Part shown: piece after piece, positions 39,601 through 49,036 of the stretch
Numbering within the stretch: the stretch's first letter is position 1
Layout: each line of letters starts with the position of its first letter
Assembly: GCA_963777955.1 (NCBI GenBank)
Contig: CAVZSQ010000021.1
Location: 32,001 to 96,000, forward strand
Direction: 5' to 3'
DNA: 64,000 nucleotides
Source: Calditrichia bacterium
GTDB lineage: Bacteria > Calditrichota > Calditrichia > JAJRVZ01
Position numbers and translations under genes: made by a program
Notes under the pieces: model-generated
Database searches by the model: none
The model's input: the letters and a program-made list of their open reading frames with translations, nothing else
Told to the model about the DNA's origin: nothing

Positions 39601-41006
39601 ATGACCAAGAATACCGATAATTATCGTGATCATGTTTCCACTGTCGATCAGAGGGGAAAACGGATCTGGCTGTACCCTAAAAAGCCGCAGGGAGCCTATA
39701 CCAGGGCGCGTGAAATTGTCAGTATGGTTCTATTGCTGTTCTTTTTTACTGCCCCCTTCATTAAAATCAATGGACAACCTTTGCTGCTGTTCAATATCCT
39801 CGAACGGAAATTTACAATCTTCGGTCTGGTTTTCTGGCCGCAGGATTTTTACCTGTTCGTTATCACCACTATATTATTGATTATCTTTATTGTGCTGTTC
39901 ACCGTTGTGTTCGGCCGCTTATGGTGCGGTTGGGCCTGCCCCCAGACGGTTTTCATGGAAATGGTCTTTCGTAAAATAGAGTTCTGGATTGAAGGAGATG
40001 CCCATCAGCAAAAACGATTAAACCAATCCCCCTGGACAGCCCGGAAAATTTATAAAAAAACCATAAAGCATATTATTTTTTATGCTATTTCTTTCGTAAT
40101 CGGTAATACTTTTCTGACCTATATAATAGGTCTGGATCCGCTTATTAAAATTATCAGCGATCCTCCGGCCCGGCATATTTTCGGTTTACTAGCCATGATC
40201 ATATTCAGTGCTGTCTTCTACTGGATTTTTGCCTTTTTCCGCGAGCAGGTCTGTACCATGGTCTGTCCCTATGGACGTTTGCAGAGTGTTCTGCTGGATC
40301 CTGATTCTATTGTTGTTTCTTATGATTTCGCAAGAGGGGAACCGCGGGGAAAATTTTCCCGGTCACAATCACGTGGTAATCTTGGTGATTGTATCGAGTG
40401 CCGGCAGTGTATAGATGTATGTCCTACTGGCATAGATATCCGCAATGGAACACAACTGGAATGTATCAACTGCACGGCCTGTATGGATGCCTGCAATGCG
40501 GTAATGAAAAAAGTCAATTTCCCGGTCGGATTAATTCGCTACACATCCTATAATGGTATTGTGCAGGGTTCTAAACTGAAACTGACTCCGCGTATTACAG
40601 GATATTCACTGGTATTGATCCTGCTGCTGGTCTTTAATATTGTACTTCTGGTTAAACGGAGTCCGTTTGAAATTACGATTATGCGCGTACCGGGAGTACT
40701 ATACCAGGAAACGGCTGATGGCAATATTGTCAACCTTTACAATTTGAAAATTATTAATAAAAGCAGTACAGATAAACCGATCACTGTAAAACTAAAATCG
40801 CCCCCAGGCGAATTGAAAATCATCGGCGGAGAATTATGGTCCAGACAAAATGAACTGGTAGAGACGGTGTTACTGTTGGAGTACTAGACAGAAAGGTGAT
40901 AAAATTTAACACTACTCCTGTTTATATCGACATTTTTGCCGATAACCAACAAATTAAAGAAATACGAACTTCGTTCATTGGTCCGGAGATAAAATCTGTG
41001 AAATGA
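39601..41006 (+). CDS. ccoG: Cytochrome c oxidase accessory protein CcoG (4Fe-4S cupric reductase family); apparent frameshift at ~40882
   Basis: GRLWCGWACPQT, CTMVCPY, CIECRQCIDVCPTGIDIR, CINCTACMDAC; tail ...TSFIGP.. ends at a TGA overlapping the next ATG. Confidence 0.92.
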
Positions 41007-41467
41007 AAACCAGGCAGAAAAAAAATCCTTGGCCTGTGGCCCTGATCAGTGTTTTCAGCGTGTTTATTATCGCTATCCTGCTTTTGGTAATTTTTTCTCA
41101 TTATCATTCGATTGATCTGGTCAGCAGCGATTATTATGAACAGGGCCTTGATTACCAAAAGCAGATCGAAAGGATTAAACACAGCCGGCTGAGCGTTAAT
41201 CAGCTGAGGCTGGAATACAATCCTCCGGAGCGCGCGTTGATTATACATTTTCCGGATAGCCTGAGTACTAAGGCACTTGAAGGAACGATTGTACTTTTCC
41301 GGCCGGCCGACGCCGGGCAGGATAAAAAAATACCGCTGCTGAGCGGTCGCGATCGCCGGCAAACAATTCAGCTGCATGATCTCGCGGACGGTTTATGGCG
41401 GATTAAAATATTCTGGCGCAAAGACAGTACGGAGTTTTACCAGGAAGAAACCGTAACAATCAATTAA
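41003..41467 (+). CDS. ccoH: FixH/CcoH family protein
   Basis: NPWP-TM-DLVSSDYYEQGLDYQ, LFRPAD, GLWRIKIFW. Confidence 0.85.
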   Translation: MKTRQKKNPWPVALISVFSVFIIAILLLVIFSHYHSIDLVSSDYYEQGLDYQKQIERIKHSRLSVNQLRLEYNPPERALIIHFPDSLSTKALEGTIVLFRPADAGQDKKIPLLSGRDRRQTIQLHDLADGLWRIKIFWRKDSTEFYQEETVTIN

Positions 41468-41483
41468 AGATATAGCGATAAGA

Positions 41484-41891
41484 ATGAGCAGGATCATGAA
41501 AAAAGAACCGCAGCAGGAAGATCAGCATTTCAAGCAGTGTCCAAATTGTGGTGAAGTATGGCAAACCCAGCAGAATTTTTTAAATGATAATAATTTAAAT
41601 ATCATCGGCTATCAGGTAAATTTTATCAGATTGGAGTTAGGTTACTTTTTATTTAACCATAACAAATGCCGGACTACCTTGTCTTTACTGGCAAATTCAT
41701 TCAAAAATCTCTATAGCGGACCAGTCTATAAAGAAAGAAAAACCCAAACTGCCGATTGCCCGGAATATTGCCTGAAAGAATCGGTTCTTGATCCCTGTCC
41801 GACCCATTGTGAATGCGCCTATGTACGGGAAATAATTGATATTATCAGGAATTGGCATAAGCAGGCCGGCCAGGCCGGCCAGGCCGGCTAA
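41484..41891 (+). CDS. Hypothetical Cys-rich protein
   Basis: CPNC, HNKC, CPEYC, CPTHCEC; ends in a (QAG)3 repeat. Confidence 0.75.
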   Translation: MSRIMKKEPQQEDQHFKQCPNCGEVWQTQQNFLNDNNLNIIGYQVNFIRLELGYFLFNHNKCRTTLSLLANSFKNLYSGPVYKERKTQTADCPEYCLKESVLDPCPTHCECAYVREIIDIIRNWHKQAGQAGQAG

Positions 41892-42130
41892 CCCGCTGCG
41901 GAGAGAATATCATTTAAAATCTGCAGCGCCCGCTCTTTATCCTTCTCGAAGACATATATATCACCAAGTCCTTTCTGTCCCGTATAAATCCCGTCATAAG
42001 CCCGTTCCAGACTGCTGCGTAAACGAAAATCGATCAGCTCTTTGGCAAAGGCATCTTCGATCAATGGCAACAGAGCCTGATCTTTCAAATCCAGAGTAAA
42101 TATTTTAATACTTTTTTCATCGTCACGCAT
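41888..42130 (-). CDS. Hypothetical protein (DUF2007-like putative signal-transducing protein)
   Basis: 80 aa; AYDGIYTGQKGLGDIYVFEKDKERALQIL. Confidence 0.6.
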   Translation of the reverse strand: MRDDEKSIKIFTLDLKDQALLPLIEDAFAKELIDFRLRSSLERAYDGIYTGQKGLGDIYVFEKDKERALQILNDILSAAG

Positions 42131-42229
42131 GATCTTATCCTGTTTAATTACCTGACTAATTTACTTAAAAACAAATCCGCTTATAAGCAGAAAAATATCT
42201 TTCTTTCTGGCTCGCAGAGGTTTTGTATC

Positions 42230-42258
42230 TTGACATGGAATAAGGCTTTCAGTAATTT
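42230..42258 (+). promoter_or_regulatory. sigma70-type promoter of the serA-like gene
   Basis: TTGACA-17 bp-TAATTT. Confidence 0.45.
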
Positions 42259-42292
42259 GCATTACCAAATCTATGTCGAAGGGAGAATTTCC

Positions 42293-43246
42293 ATGTACAA
42301 TATCTTAGTTGCCGACTCTTTACCTGAATCTGTACTGGCTAAATACAATAAGGTAAAAGACATTTCCATTGATAACAAAGCAGGCATTTCCAAAGAAGAT
42401 CTGATTAAAGTAATTCCGACTTACCAGGGACTGGTGGTCAGAAGCCGCACCAAAGCTACAGCCGATATCATCGCAGCAGGTAAGAACCTGAAAGTTATCG
42501 GCCGGGCCGGAGCCGGTGTTGATAATATTGAGGTCCCGGCAGCTACGAAGATGAAAGTCGTAGTGATGAATACCCCGGGAGGCAATACCATCGCTGCCAC
42601 CGAACATACTATCGCCCTGTTACTGGCCGTTCTGCGCCAAATTCCCCGCGCCGGTATAACGATGATGGAAGGTAAATGGGATAAAAAATCTTTTATGGGA
42701 CATGAAATATACGAAAAAACCGTGGGAGTAATCGGTCTGGGTAAAATTGGATTCGGCGTAGCCAAACGTCTGGCCGCTTTCGAAGCAAAAATACTGGTTT
42801 ATGATCCATTAATTAAACCGGAAGTAGCAAAAAGTATCGGGGCCAAATTGGTATCCCTGGAAGAATTATTGAAACAGTCAGATATTATTACGATTCATGC
42901 TCCTAAAACACCGGAAACTTTAAATATGCTGAATAAAGAGAATCTGAAACTTTGTAAAAACGGTGTGATCATTATCAACTGTGCCCGCGGTGGAATCATT
43001 AATGAAGCCGATTTACTGGAAGCCTTGAACAGCGGGAAAGTGGCAGCTGCCGGTCTGGATGTTTTCAGTTCCGAGCCCCCGACAGATTTCACTCTGGCCA
43101 AACATCCCCAGGTCGTATCCACACCCCATCTTGGTGCTACAACTGCCGAAGCCCAGGATAAAGTGGCCGATATGATCCTGGAACAGATGATTGAGTATTT
43201 CCAGCAGAATACTGTACGCAACGCGGTGAATTATCCTTTCAAATAA
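42293..43246 (+). CDS. serA: D-3-phosphoglycerate dehydrogenase-like 2-hydroxyacid dehydrogenase (short form, no ACT domain)
   Basis: GRAGAGVDNI, NTPGGNT, GLGKIG, NCARGG, DVFSSEP, TPHLGATT. Confidence 0.8.
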   Translation: MYNILVADSLPESVLAKYNKVKDISIDNKAGISKEDLIKVIPTYQGLVVRSRTKATADIIAAGKNLKVIGRAGAGVDNIEVPAATKMKVVVMNTPGGNTIAATEHTIALLLAVLRQIPRAGITMMEGKWDKKSFMGHEIYEKTVGVIGLGKIGFGVAKRLAAFEAKILVYDPLIKPEVAKSIGAKLVSLEELLKQSDIITIHAPKTPETLNMLNKENLKLCKNGVIIINCARGGIINEADLLEALNSGKVAAAGLDVFSSEPPTDFTLAKHPQVVSTPHLGATTAEAQDKVADMILEQMIEYFQQNTVRNAVNYPFK

Positions 43247-43262
43247 TCAAGTACAATCCGTC

Positions 43263-44105
43263 ATGAAACAACAGCGATTCGGTTCAGGTATAATTTTATT
43301 GATTATCTTTGCCTGTACCGCCCTGATTAACGCCGCCACAGTAGATACGGTGCTGATTTACAGTAAAACCATGCAGAAAGATATAAAAGCCGTGGTGGTG
43401 CAGCCCGATCGTGCCCAAAAAACACAGCAGCTCCGTTATCCGGTTTTATATCTGCTGCACGGCTGGAGCGGTTCTTATCGCGACTGGAGCAATCACACCG
43501 ACCTTAAACCGCTGGTGGAGACATATCAACTGATCATCGTCTGTCCCGATGGCGGATATGCCGGTTGGTATCTGGATAGCCCGGTCAATAAGAATTCGCA
43601 ATACGAAACCTATCTGGCCAGGGAAGTTGTACAATATATCGATAAACATTATCCCACCCTGGCTGATTCCGTGCACAGGGCGATTTGCGGCCTGAGCATG
43701 GGTGGACACGGCGCGATCAGTCTGCTCTGCAAATACCCGGGCATTTTCGGTGCAGCCAGCAGCATGAGCGGTGTGATGACCCTGGACGATCCGAGCCGGC
43801 GCGCCGGGCTTAAAGATGTACTGGGCAGTTTCGAAGCCAATCAGATCCTGTGGGAAAAAAATTCCTGCCTTTATCTGGTATATAAACTCAGAGAGAAAAA
43901 TAAGGCCTTACTTTTTGATTGTGGGACCGAGGACTTTTGTCTTGATGGCAACCGCAGGATACATCAGAAACTGCTGGAACTTGATATTGCCCACGAATAC
44001 TATGAACGTCCGGGCGGTCACAAATGGGAGTACTGGGTGAACGCTCTGGAATATCACCTGCTCTTTTTTAAAAAGTTCTGGTCGGGGACTTTAGATCTAA
44101 ACTAA
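43263..44105 (+). CDS. Secreted putative esterase (alpha/beta hydrolase, XynC/FrmB-like)
   Basis: Signal peptide; YPVLYLLHG, GLSMGG, DCGTED, GGHKWEYW. Confidence 0.88.
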   Translation: MKQQRFGSGIILLIIFACTALINAATVDTVLIYSKTMQKDIKAVVVQPDRAQKTQQLRYPVLYLLHGWSGSYRDWSNHTDLKPLVETYQLIIVCPDGGYAGWYLDSPVNKNSQYETYLAREVVQYIDKHYPTLADSVHRAICGLSMGGHGAISLLCKYPGIFGAASSMSGVMTLDDPSRRAGLKDVLGSFEANQILWEKNSCLYLVYKLREKNKALLFDCGTEDFCLDGNRRIHQKLLELDIAHEYYERPGGHKWEYWVNALEYHLLFFKKFWSGTLDLN

Positions 44106-45241
44106 TAGACTTTGAAATTGATATTCCGTTTTTCCAGTTCATGGATGAAAATTTCCGACGGTACTGCTAATTCCTGTCGCAGCACGCCCCGGGCCTGAAT
44201 CCAGCCATTGATCAGCATGATTAAGATAATGGATGCCGGGAATGCGGTCGTGCGCATCATGGCCGTCAGTTTGTTTTTATGATCACCGTACTCGATGGCT
44301 TCCATGGTAATTTGTTCAGGCACATTGTTTTTAAGGCCTTTGGCCCATAAGCGGATCAAGACAACATCCTCGCCAGGATAGCTGAGCGGGTCTGTCAATA
44401 AAGTTTCGAATACCTCCCGCCGGCTGTAATTATTTTTACCGATAGTAACTGTTTCCCCTGCAGTGAATCCCAGATCAATCATACTCTTGAAAAGTTGACA
44501 ATGTCCGGGATAGCGGATTGTCTTGTAATTCAGATTTTGAATTTTCCCCAGATAAGTATGCGGCAAAGTGGAAGTACCGCCGGAGGTATAAAAGGCTTCC
44601 AGTGTGCCAAAAGGCACCGGGAACTCCAAATCCTCCGTGCCAGTCATGGACGGAACAGTGGTTATCTGGCTGTCCTGAATAATTACTGCCGGTTCTATGT
44701 ATTCATTTATCAGGCCATGTACGGAAAAAACCAGCATGTAACGCAACGGATTCTGTGGTTGCAAAGGTAAACCGCCTACACGAATGGTCAAAGTTTCCGC
44801 ACTGTCCATCTGTTTGATCATGTGTGCCGCCAGGACCGACACCATTCCCGGCGCCAGCCCACAGTCGGGGATAATACCCACCCCGGCCTTCTTGGCCCTG
44901 GCATCAAGTTTAAATTGCTGGTTGACCACGGTATTATTACCGCCCAGATCGACAAAATGACATTTATTTTCAATCGCCCAACGGGTAAGTTGCAGGTTAT
45001 AATCATACGGAACTGCACTGAATACTCCATCTACTTTTTTCATTAATGCCGGGATGCGCAGGTGATCGTCGGCTTTCAGACGATGAACAACCAGTCGTTT
45101 ACTTTTAAAATGCCCTTGCAGCGCTTTGAGCGCTTTTTCGGAGATATCGCTGACATGTATTTCAGCCTGCGGCAACTGAGTTAAAAAATCATGCACTGCA
45201 CCATAAGCCATTCGTCCTGCACCTAACACTAAAATTTTCAT
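44102..45241 (-). CDS. Saccharopine dehydrogenase / lysine 6-dehydrogenase family protein
   Basis: LGAGRM, DLGGN, PDCGLAPG, VGGLP, GLINEY, YKTIRYPGH, AMMRTT. Confidence 0.88.
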   Translation of the reverse strand: MKILVLGAGRMAYGAVHDFLTQLPQAEIHVSDISEKALKALQGHFKSKRLVVHRLKADDHLRIPALMKKVDGVFSAVPYDYNLQLTRWAIENKCHFVDLGGNNTVVNQQFKLDARAKKAGVGIIPDCGLAPGMVSVLAAHMIKQMDSAETLTIRVGGLPLQPQNPLRYMLVFSVHGLINEYIEPAVIIQDSQITTVPSMTGTEDLEFPVPFGTLEAFYTSGGTSTLPHTYLGKIQNLNYKTIRYPGHCQLFKSMIDLGFTAGETVTIGKNNYSRREVFETLLTDPLSYPGEDVVLIRLWAKGLKNNVPEQITMEAIEYGDHKNKLTAMMRTTAFPASIILIMLINGWIQARGVLRQELAVPSEIFIHELEKRNINFKVY

Positions 45242-45419
45242 TCAACCCCCTTCAGTCTATTCATTCTACAAATTGATTTTAATAATTGATTGCTACCCTG
45301 CCAATGACACAATCTTATAATTTAATAAAGTAAAAATTATTAATCTAACAAAAGAATAGCTTACGATTTGAAACCTTCGTCAGGATAATCTAAATTAATC
45401 TTTAAAAACCGGATATCAC

Positions 45420-46194
45420 TTGTACGAACTGATAATAATTGAAAAATTAATCAGCCTGCTGCGCCAGGCCGGCAGGGCGATACTCGATATTTACTACGGG
45501 AATTTTGTGGTGGAATTAAAAGCTCGATCACAGCCCCATTACCCTGGCTGACCGGAATTCTAATGATATCCTGACCCGGGGGTTGTACGAATACTATCCC
45601 GATATTCCGGTTATTTCCGAAGAAAACGAGCCGGTTCCTTTTAAGCAGCGGAAAGACTGGACCTGCTTCTGGCTGCTGGACCCGCTGGACGGCACCAAAG
45701 AATTTATCAGGAAAAACGGCGAGTTTGCCATTAATCTGGCTTTAGTAGAGAATGGACAACCGGTACTGGGTATGATTTACATTCCGGTAACCGCAACGCT
45801 ATATTATGCGGTGACCGGTAAAGGGTGCTTTAAAATCACCGGAGATAGTGGACCTTTATTCTTAAAGATATCTGCAAAGAATCCGCAGGATAAGGCGATT
45901 GTAGTGGGCAGTCGCTCCCATTTATCGGCTGAAGTACATACCCTCGTTGAAAAATTACACCGGGAATTCAAGGAAGTGGAACTTATCCAGATGGGCAGTG
46001 CGATCAAATTCGGATTAATCGCCGAAGGCAAGGCTGATTTTTATTTACGGACCGGCCCTACCATGGAATGGGATACCGCTGCCGGGCAGGTTATCGTCAG
46101 GGAAGTTGGCAAACAAGTTTACGATTATAAAACAGGTCAAGCACTGATCTATAATAAAAAAGACCTGACCAATCCATCGTTTATTGTCAGGTGA
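45420..46194 (+). CDS. cysQ: 3'(2'),5'-bisphosphate nucleotidase CysQ (apparent frameshift at ~45525)
   Basis: AGRAILDIY..K-DHSPITLAD, ISEE, LLDPLDGTKEF, GSAIKF, TMEWDTAAGQ. Confidence 0.88.
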
Positions 46195-46924
46195 GTCTAT
46201 CCGCTAAGCGCTGGCGTATAATCTCATATAATATCACTGCCGTACTGACCGAAACATTCAGTGAATCGATGCGACCCCACATGGGAATAGAAACCTGTTC
46301 ATCACAGTGTCCAAGAATATTTTTCCTGATCCCCTTCCCTTCGCTGCCCACAATCACAGCCAGGCCGGTGCTCAGATCTGCCTGATAGATGGTATTTTGT
46401 CTGCCCATAACCGTCCCCACGATCTTTAGACCGGTCGCTTTTAATTTTTCCAGAAATACAAACAAATCGGCGGTGCGATGAATAGGACAATGAAAGATAG
46501 CGCCGGCAGAGGTCTTGGCCACGGTGGCATTAATTTCTGCTCCCCCCTTTTCGGCCATTACCAGGGCAGTAAGGTTTACACTTTCTGCGGTACGGATAAT
46601 GGCACCCAAATTGTGCGTGTCCTGGATTTGATCCAGAATCAGGATTAAGGGTTTGGCAGTATTACCGATCAGTTGCAGCAGATCGGGTTCGTCCAGATAT
46701 TTATAATCAGCCAATTCAGCGACATAGCCCTGATGCACAACCGCCCCGCACAGAATCTGCAGTTTTGCTTTAGGCATATAGTCGACTTTCACACCCTTTT
46801 TTTCACATAAATTTAAAACCGGAAATACATTTTTTTTCTCCAACTCGCGGCCTAAAATCACCCGCAGCACCTGATGCGCAGACCTTAATGCTTCCAGTAC
46901 CGGCTGTTTACCGTAGATAACGAT
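46187..46924 (-). CDS. rlmB: 23S rRNA (guanosine-2251-2'-O)-methyltransferase RlmB (start codon atypical or uncertain)
   Basis: IYGKQPVLEAL upstream of the tracked ORF; HQG, DTHNLGAIIRTA, GSEGKG, IPM.G.IDSLNVSV. Confidence 0.9.
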   Translation of the reverse strand: MVIYGKQPVLEALRSAHQVLRVILGRELEKKNVFPVLNLCEKKGVKVDYMPKAKLQILCGAVVHQGYVAELADYKYLDEPDLLQLIGNTAKPLILILDQIQDTHNLGAIIRTAESVNLTALVMAEKGGAEINATVAKTSAGAIFHCPIHRTADLFVFLEKLKATGLKIVGTVMGRQNTIYQADLSTGLAVIVGSEGKGIRKNILGHCDEQVSIPMWGRIDSLNVSVSTAVILYEIIRQRLADRLT

Positions 46925-47039
46925 GGCGGCCTCCTGCTGATGGTACAGTTACTCTTTCCGTAAATTGTCTTAAGACATTATATATAATATATAGAAGAGA
47001 CCAGAAAAGTATTTGAAAAATTTTTTTTATGTCTTAAAT

Positions 47040-47057
47040 TGAATGAATATTCATTCA
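47040..47057. promoter_or_regulatory. FadR(YsiA)-type TetR operator
   Basis: Perfect 18-bp palindrome TGAATGAATATTCATTCA 13 bp before the TetR ATG; fits the Bacillus FadR box TGAATGANTANTCATTCA. Confidence 0.8.
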
Positions 47058-47070
47058 GTTTAAGGTGGGT

Positions 47071-47670
47071 ATGATCAGAAACAATAATCGCCGGGAGCAA
47101 ATCATCGATGCGGCCATAAAGGTGTTTGCCGATAAAGGTTTTTATAATGCCAAAGTTGCCGATGTGGCACACACTGCCGGTGTAGCCGATGGGACAATTT
47201 ATTTATATTTCAAAAACAAAGACGACCTGCTGATTTCCCTGTTCGAATCCAAAATGGAAATGATTCTTGCTCGTTTTAACGCTACCCTGCAAACCGCAGC
47301 GTCGGCCACAGAAAAATTAAAGCGTTTTATCCAGCTGCACTTTCAGATGATTGAACAGGATCAGAATTTGGCCGAAGTATTCCAGGTCGAATTACGCCAG
47401 TCCAGCAAATTTCTTAAAGACTATCATAATCAAAAATTTATCGATTTCCTGAATGTGATCGGCCAGATAATAAAAGAAGGTCAGCAAAGCGGAGAATTTC
47501 GTAACAACGTCCGTATTAATACGACAAAACTGGCCATTTTTGGTGCCGTGGACGAGATTGCCCGGCAATGGCTCCTTACGCCTGAACCAAGATCCCAACT
47601 CCAGGACATCGCCCGTGAATTGACCCATACCTTTTTACTCGGACTGTCGCCAACCCGGCAGGAGGATTGA
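47071..47670 (+). CDS. fadR: TetR family fatty-acid degradation regulator (FadR/YsiA-like)
   Basis: IIDAAIKVFADKGFYNAKVADVA...GVADGTIYLYFKNKDDLLISLF, QVELRQS; first gene of the beta-oxidation operon. Confidence 0.85.
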   Translation: MIRNNNRREQIIDAAIKVFADKGFYNAKVADVAHTAGVADGTIYLYFKNKDDLLISLFESKMEMILARFNATLQTAASATEKLKRFIQLHFQMIEQDQNLAEVFQVELRQSSKFLKDYHNQKFIDFLNVIGQIIKEGQQSGEFRNNVRINTTKLAIFGAVDEIARQWLLTPEPRSQLQDIARELTHTFLLGLSPTRQED

Positions 47671-47671
47671 A

Positions 47672-48958
47672 ATGAAACGTGTTGCAATTGTTGCAGGATT
47701 ACGAACGCCCTTTATTAAGGCCTGGACCGATTTCGGTCAGATCCCGGCACATGACCTGGGCGCACTGGTTGTACGGGAACTATTGGAACGACTCGATTTG
47801 CGCCCCGAACTAATAAATGAAGTCATCATGGGCAACATTGCCCAACCGCCGGAAGCGACCAATGTTGCACGGATCATTGCCCTGCAGGCCGGTATTCCCC
47901 AGTCCGTCCCGGCCTTCACCGTACAGCGTAACTGTGCCAGCGGCATGGAAGCCATCGCCAATGCCTGGTACCGCATCCAGGCAGGTGCAGGAGAAATTTA
48001 CCTGGCCGGGGGTGTGGAATCGATGAGCCGCATTCCCCTATTATTTAATGAAGCCGCTACCAAATGGTTTAACAGTTTATACCGGGCTAAAACACTGCCG
48101 CAACGCCTGGCGACCATGTTTAAGTTCAAATTAAAATTTTTAAATCCGGTGATTGGATTGCAATTGGGTTTGACCGACGGCTACTGCGGTCTTAATATGG
48201 GCGAAACAGCCGAAGTGCTGGCCAAGGAATTTAAGATCACCCGTGAGGAACAGGACCGCTTCGCTTTACGCAGTCATCAATTGGCCGAAGCAGTGACGAA
48301 AGCTGGGAAACTCAGTGCCGAAATCGTACCAGTTCCATTGCCGCCAAAATACGATCGGGTTATTAGCAATGATAACGGCATACGCGCAGGACAGAGTATG
48401 GAGGCTCTGGGAAAATTACGGCCCGTTTTCGATCGTTATTACGGAACGGTCACAGCCGGTAATGCCAGCCAGTTAACCGACGGCGCCGCAGCAGTTGTAG
48501 TAATGACTGATACACGCGCTAAAGATCTGGGCTATGAACCGCTCGGTTTTATCCGCTCCTTCTCTTTCGCCGGCCTGGATCCCAGCCGCATGGGCTTGGG
48601 TCCGGTTTTTGCCGTACCACAGGCCTTACAGCGTGCCGGCTTGAACATGAAGGATATCGAGTTAATTGAAATCAATGAAGCTTTTGCCGCCCAGGTACTG
48701 GCCAATTTAAAAATATTTGAATCGGATGAACTTTCACGCCAATATCTGAATCTGGATCAAGCCTGCGGCAAAATCGATCTCGAAAAATTAAATGTGAACG
48801 GCGGTGCCATAGCACTCGGACATCCGGTAGGCGGATCGGCAACCCGTTTGATAATCACTCTGTTGATGGAAATGAAACGGCGTAATTTAAATCTGGGTCT
48901 GGCTGCTCTGTGTGTCGGCGGCGGCCAGGGTGCTGCTTTTATTCTGGAAAGTAAGTAA
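47672..48958 (+). CDS. fadI: Acetyl-CoA C-acyltransferase (3-ketoacyl-CoA thiolase, FadI/FadA-like)
   Basis: RNCASG, NEAFA, GHPVG, CVGGGQG. Confidence 0.88.
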   Translation: MKRVAIVAGLRTPFIKAWTDFGQIPAHDLGALVVRELLERLDLRPELINEVIMGNIAQPPEATNVARIIALQAGIPQSVPAFTVQRNCASGMEAIANAWYRIQAGAGEIYLAGGVESMSRIPLLFNEAATKWFNSLYRAKTLPQRLATMFKFKLKFLNPVIGLQLGLTDGYCGLNMGETAEVLAKEFKITREEQDRFALRSHQLAEAVTKAGKLSAEIVPVPLPPKYDRVISNDNGIRAGQSMEALGKLRPVFDRYYGTVTAGNASQLTDGAAAVVVMTDTRAKDLGYEPLGFIRSFSFAGLDPSRMGLGPVFAVPQALQRAGLNMKDIELIEINEAFAAQVLANLKIFESDELSRQYLNLDQACGKIDLEKLNVNGGAIALGHPVGGSATRLIITLLMEMKRRNLNLGLAALCVGGGQGAAFILESK

Positions 48959-49036
48959 CGGATCTACAATGAGATTTCCCTGCAGTACTTCGGGCTCAAT
49001 ACCTGCGCGGACCTGATGGAATCGAGGAGAACCATA

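Noticed and set aside
41862..41888. (CAGGCCGGC)3 repeat
   Set aside because: In-frame QAG x3 tail at the overlap of convergent genes; likely local slippage with no evident function
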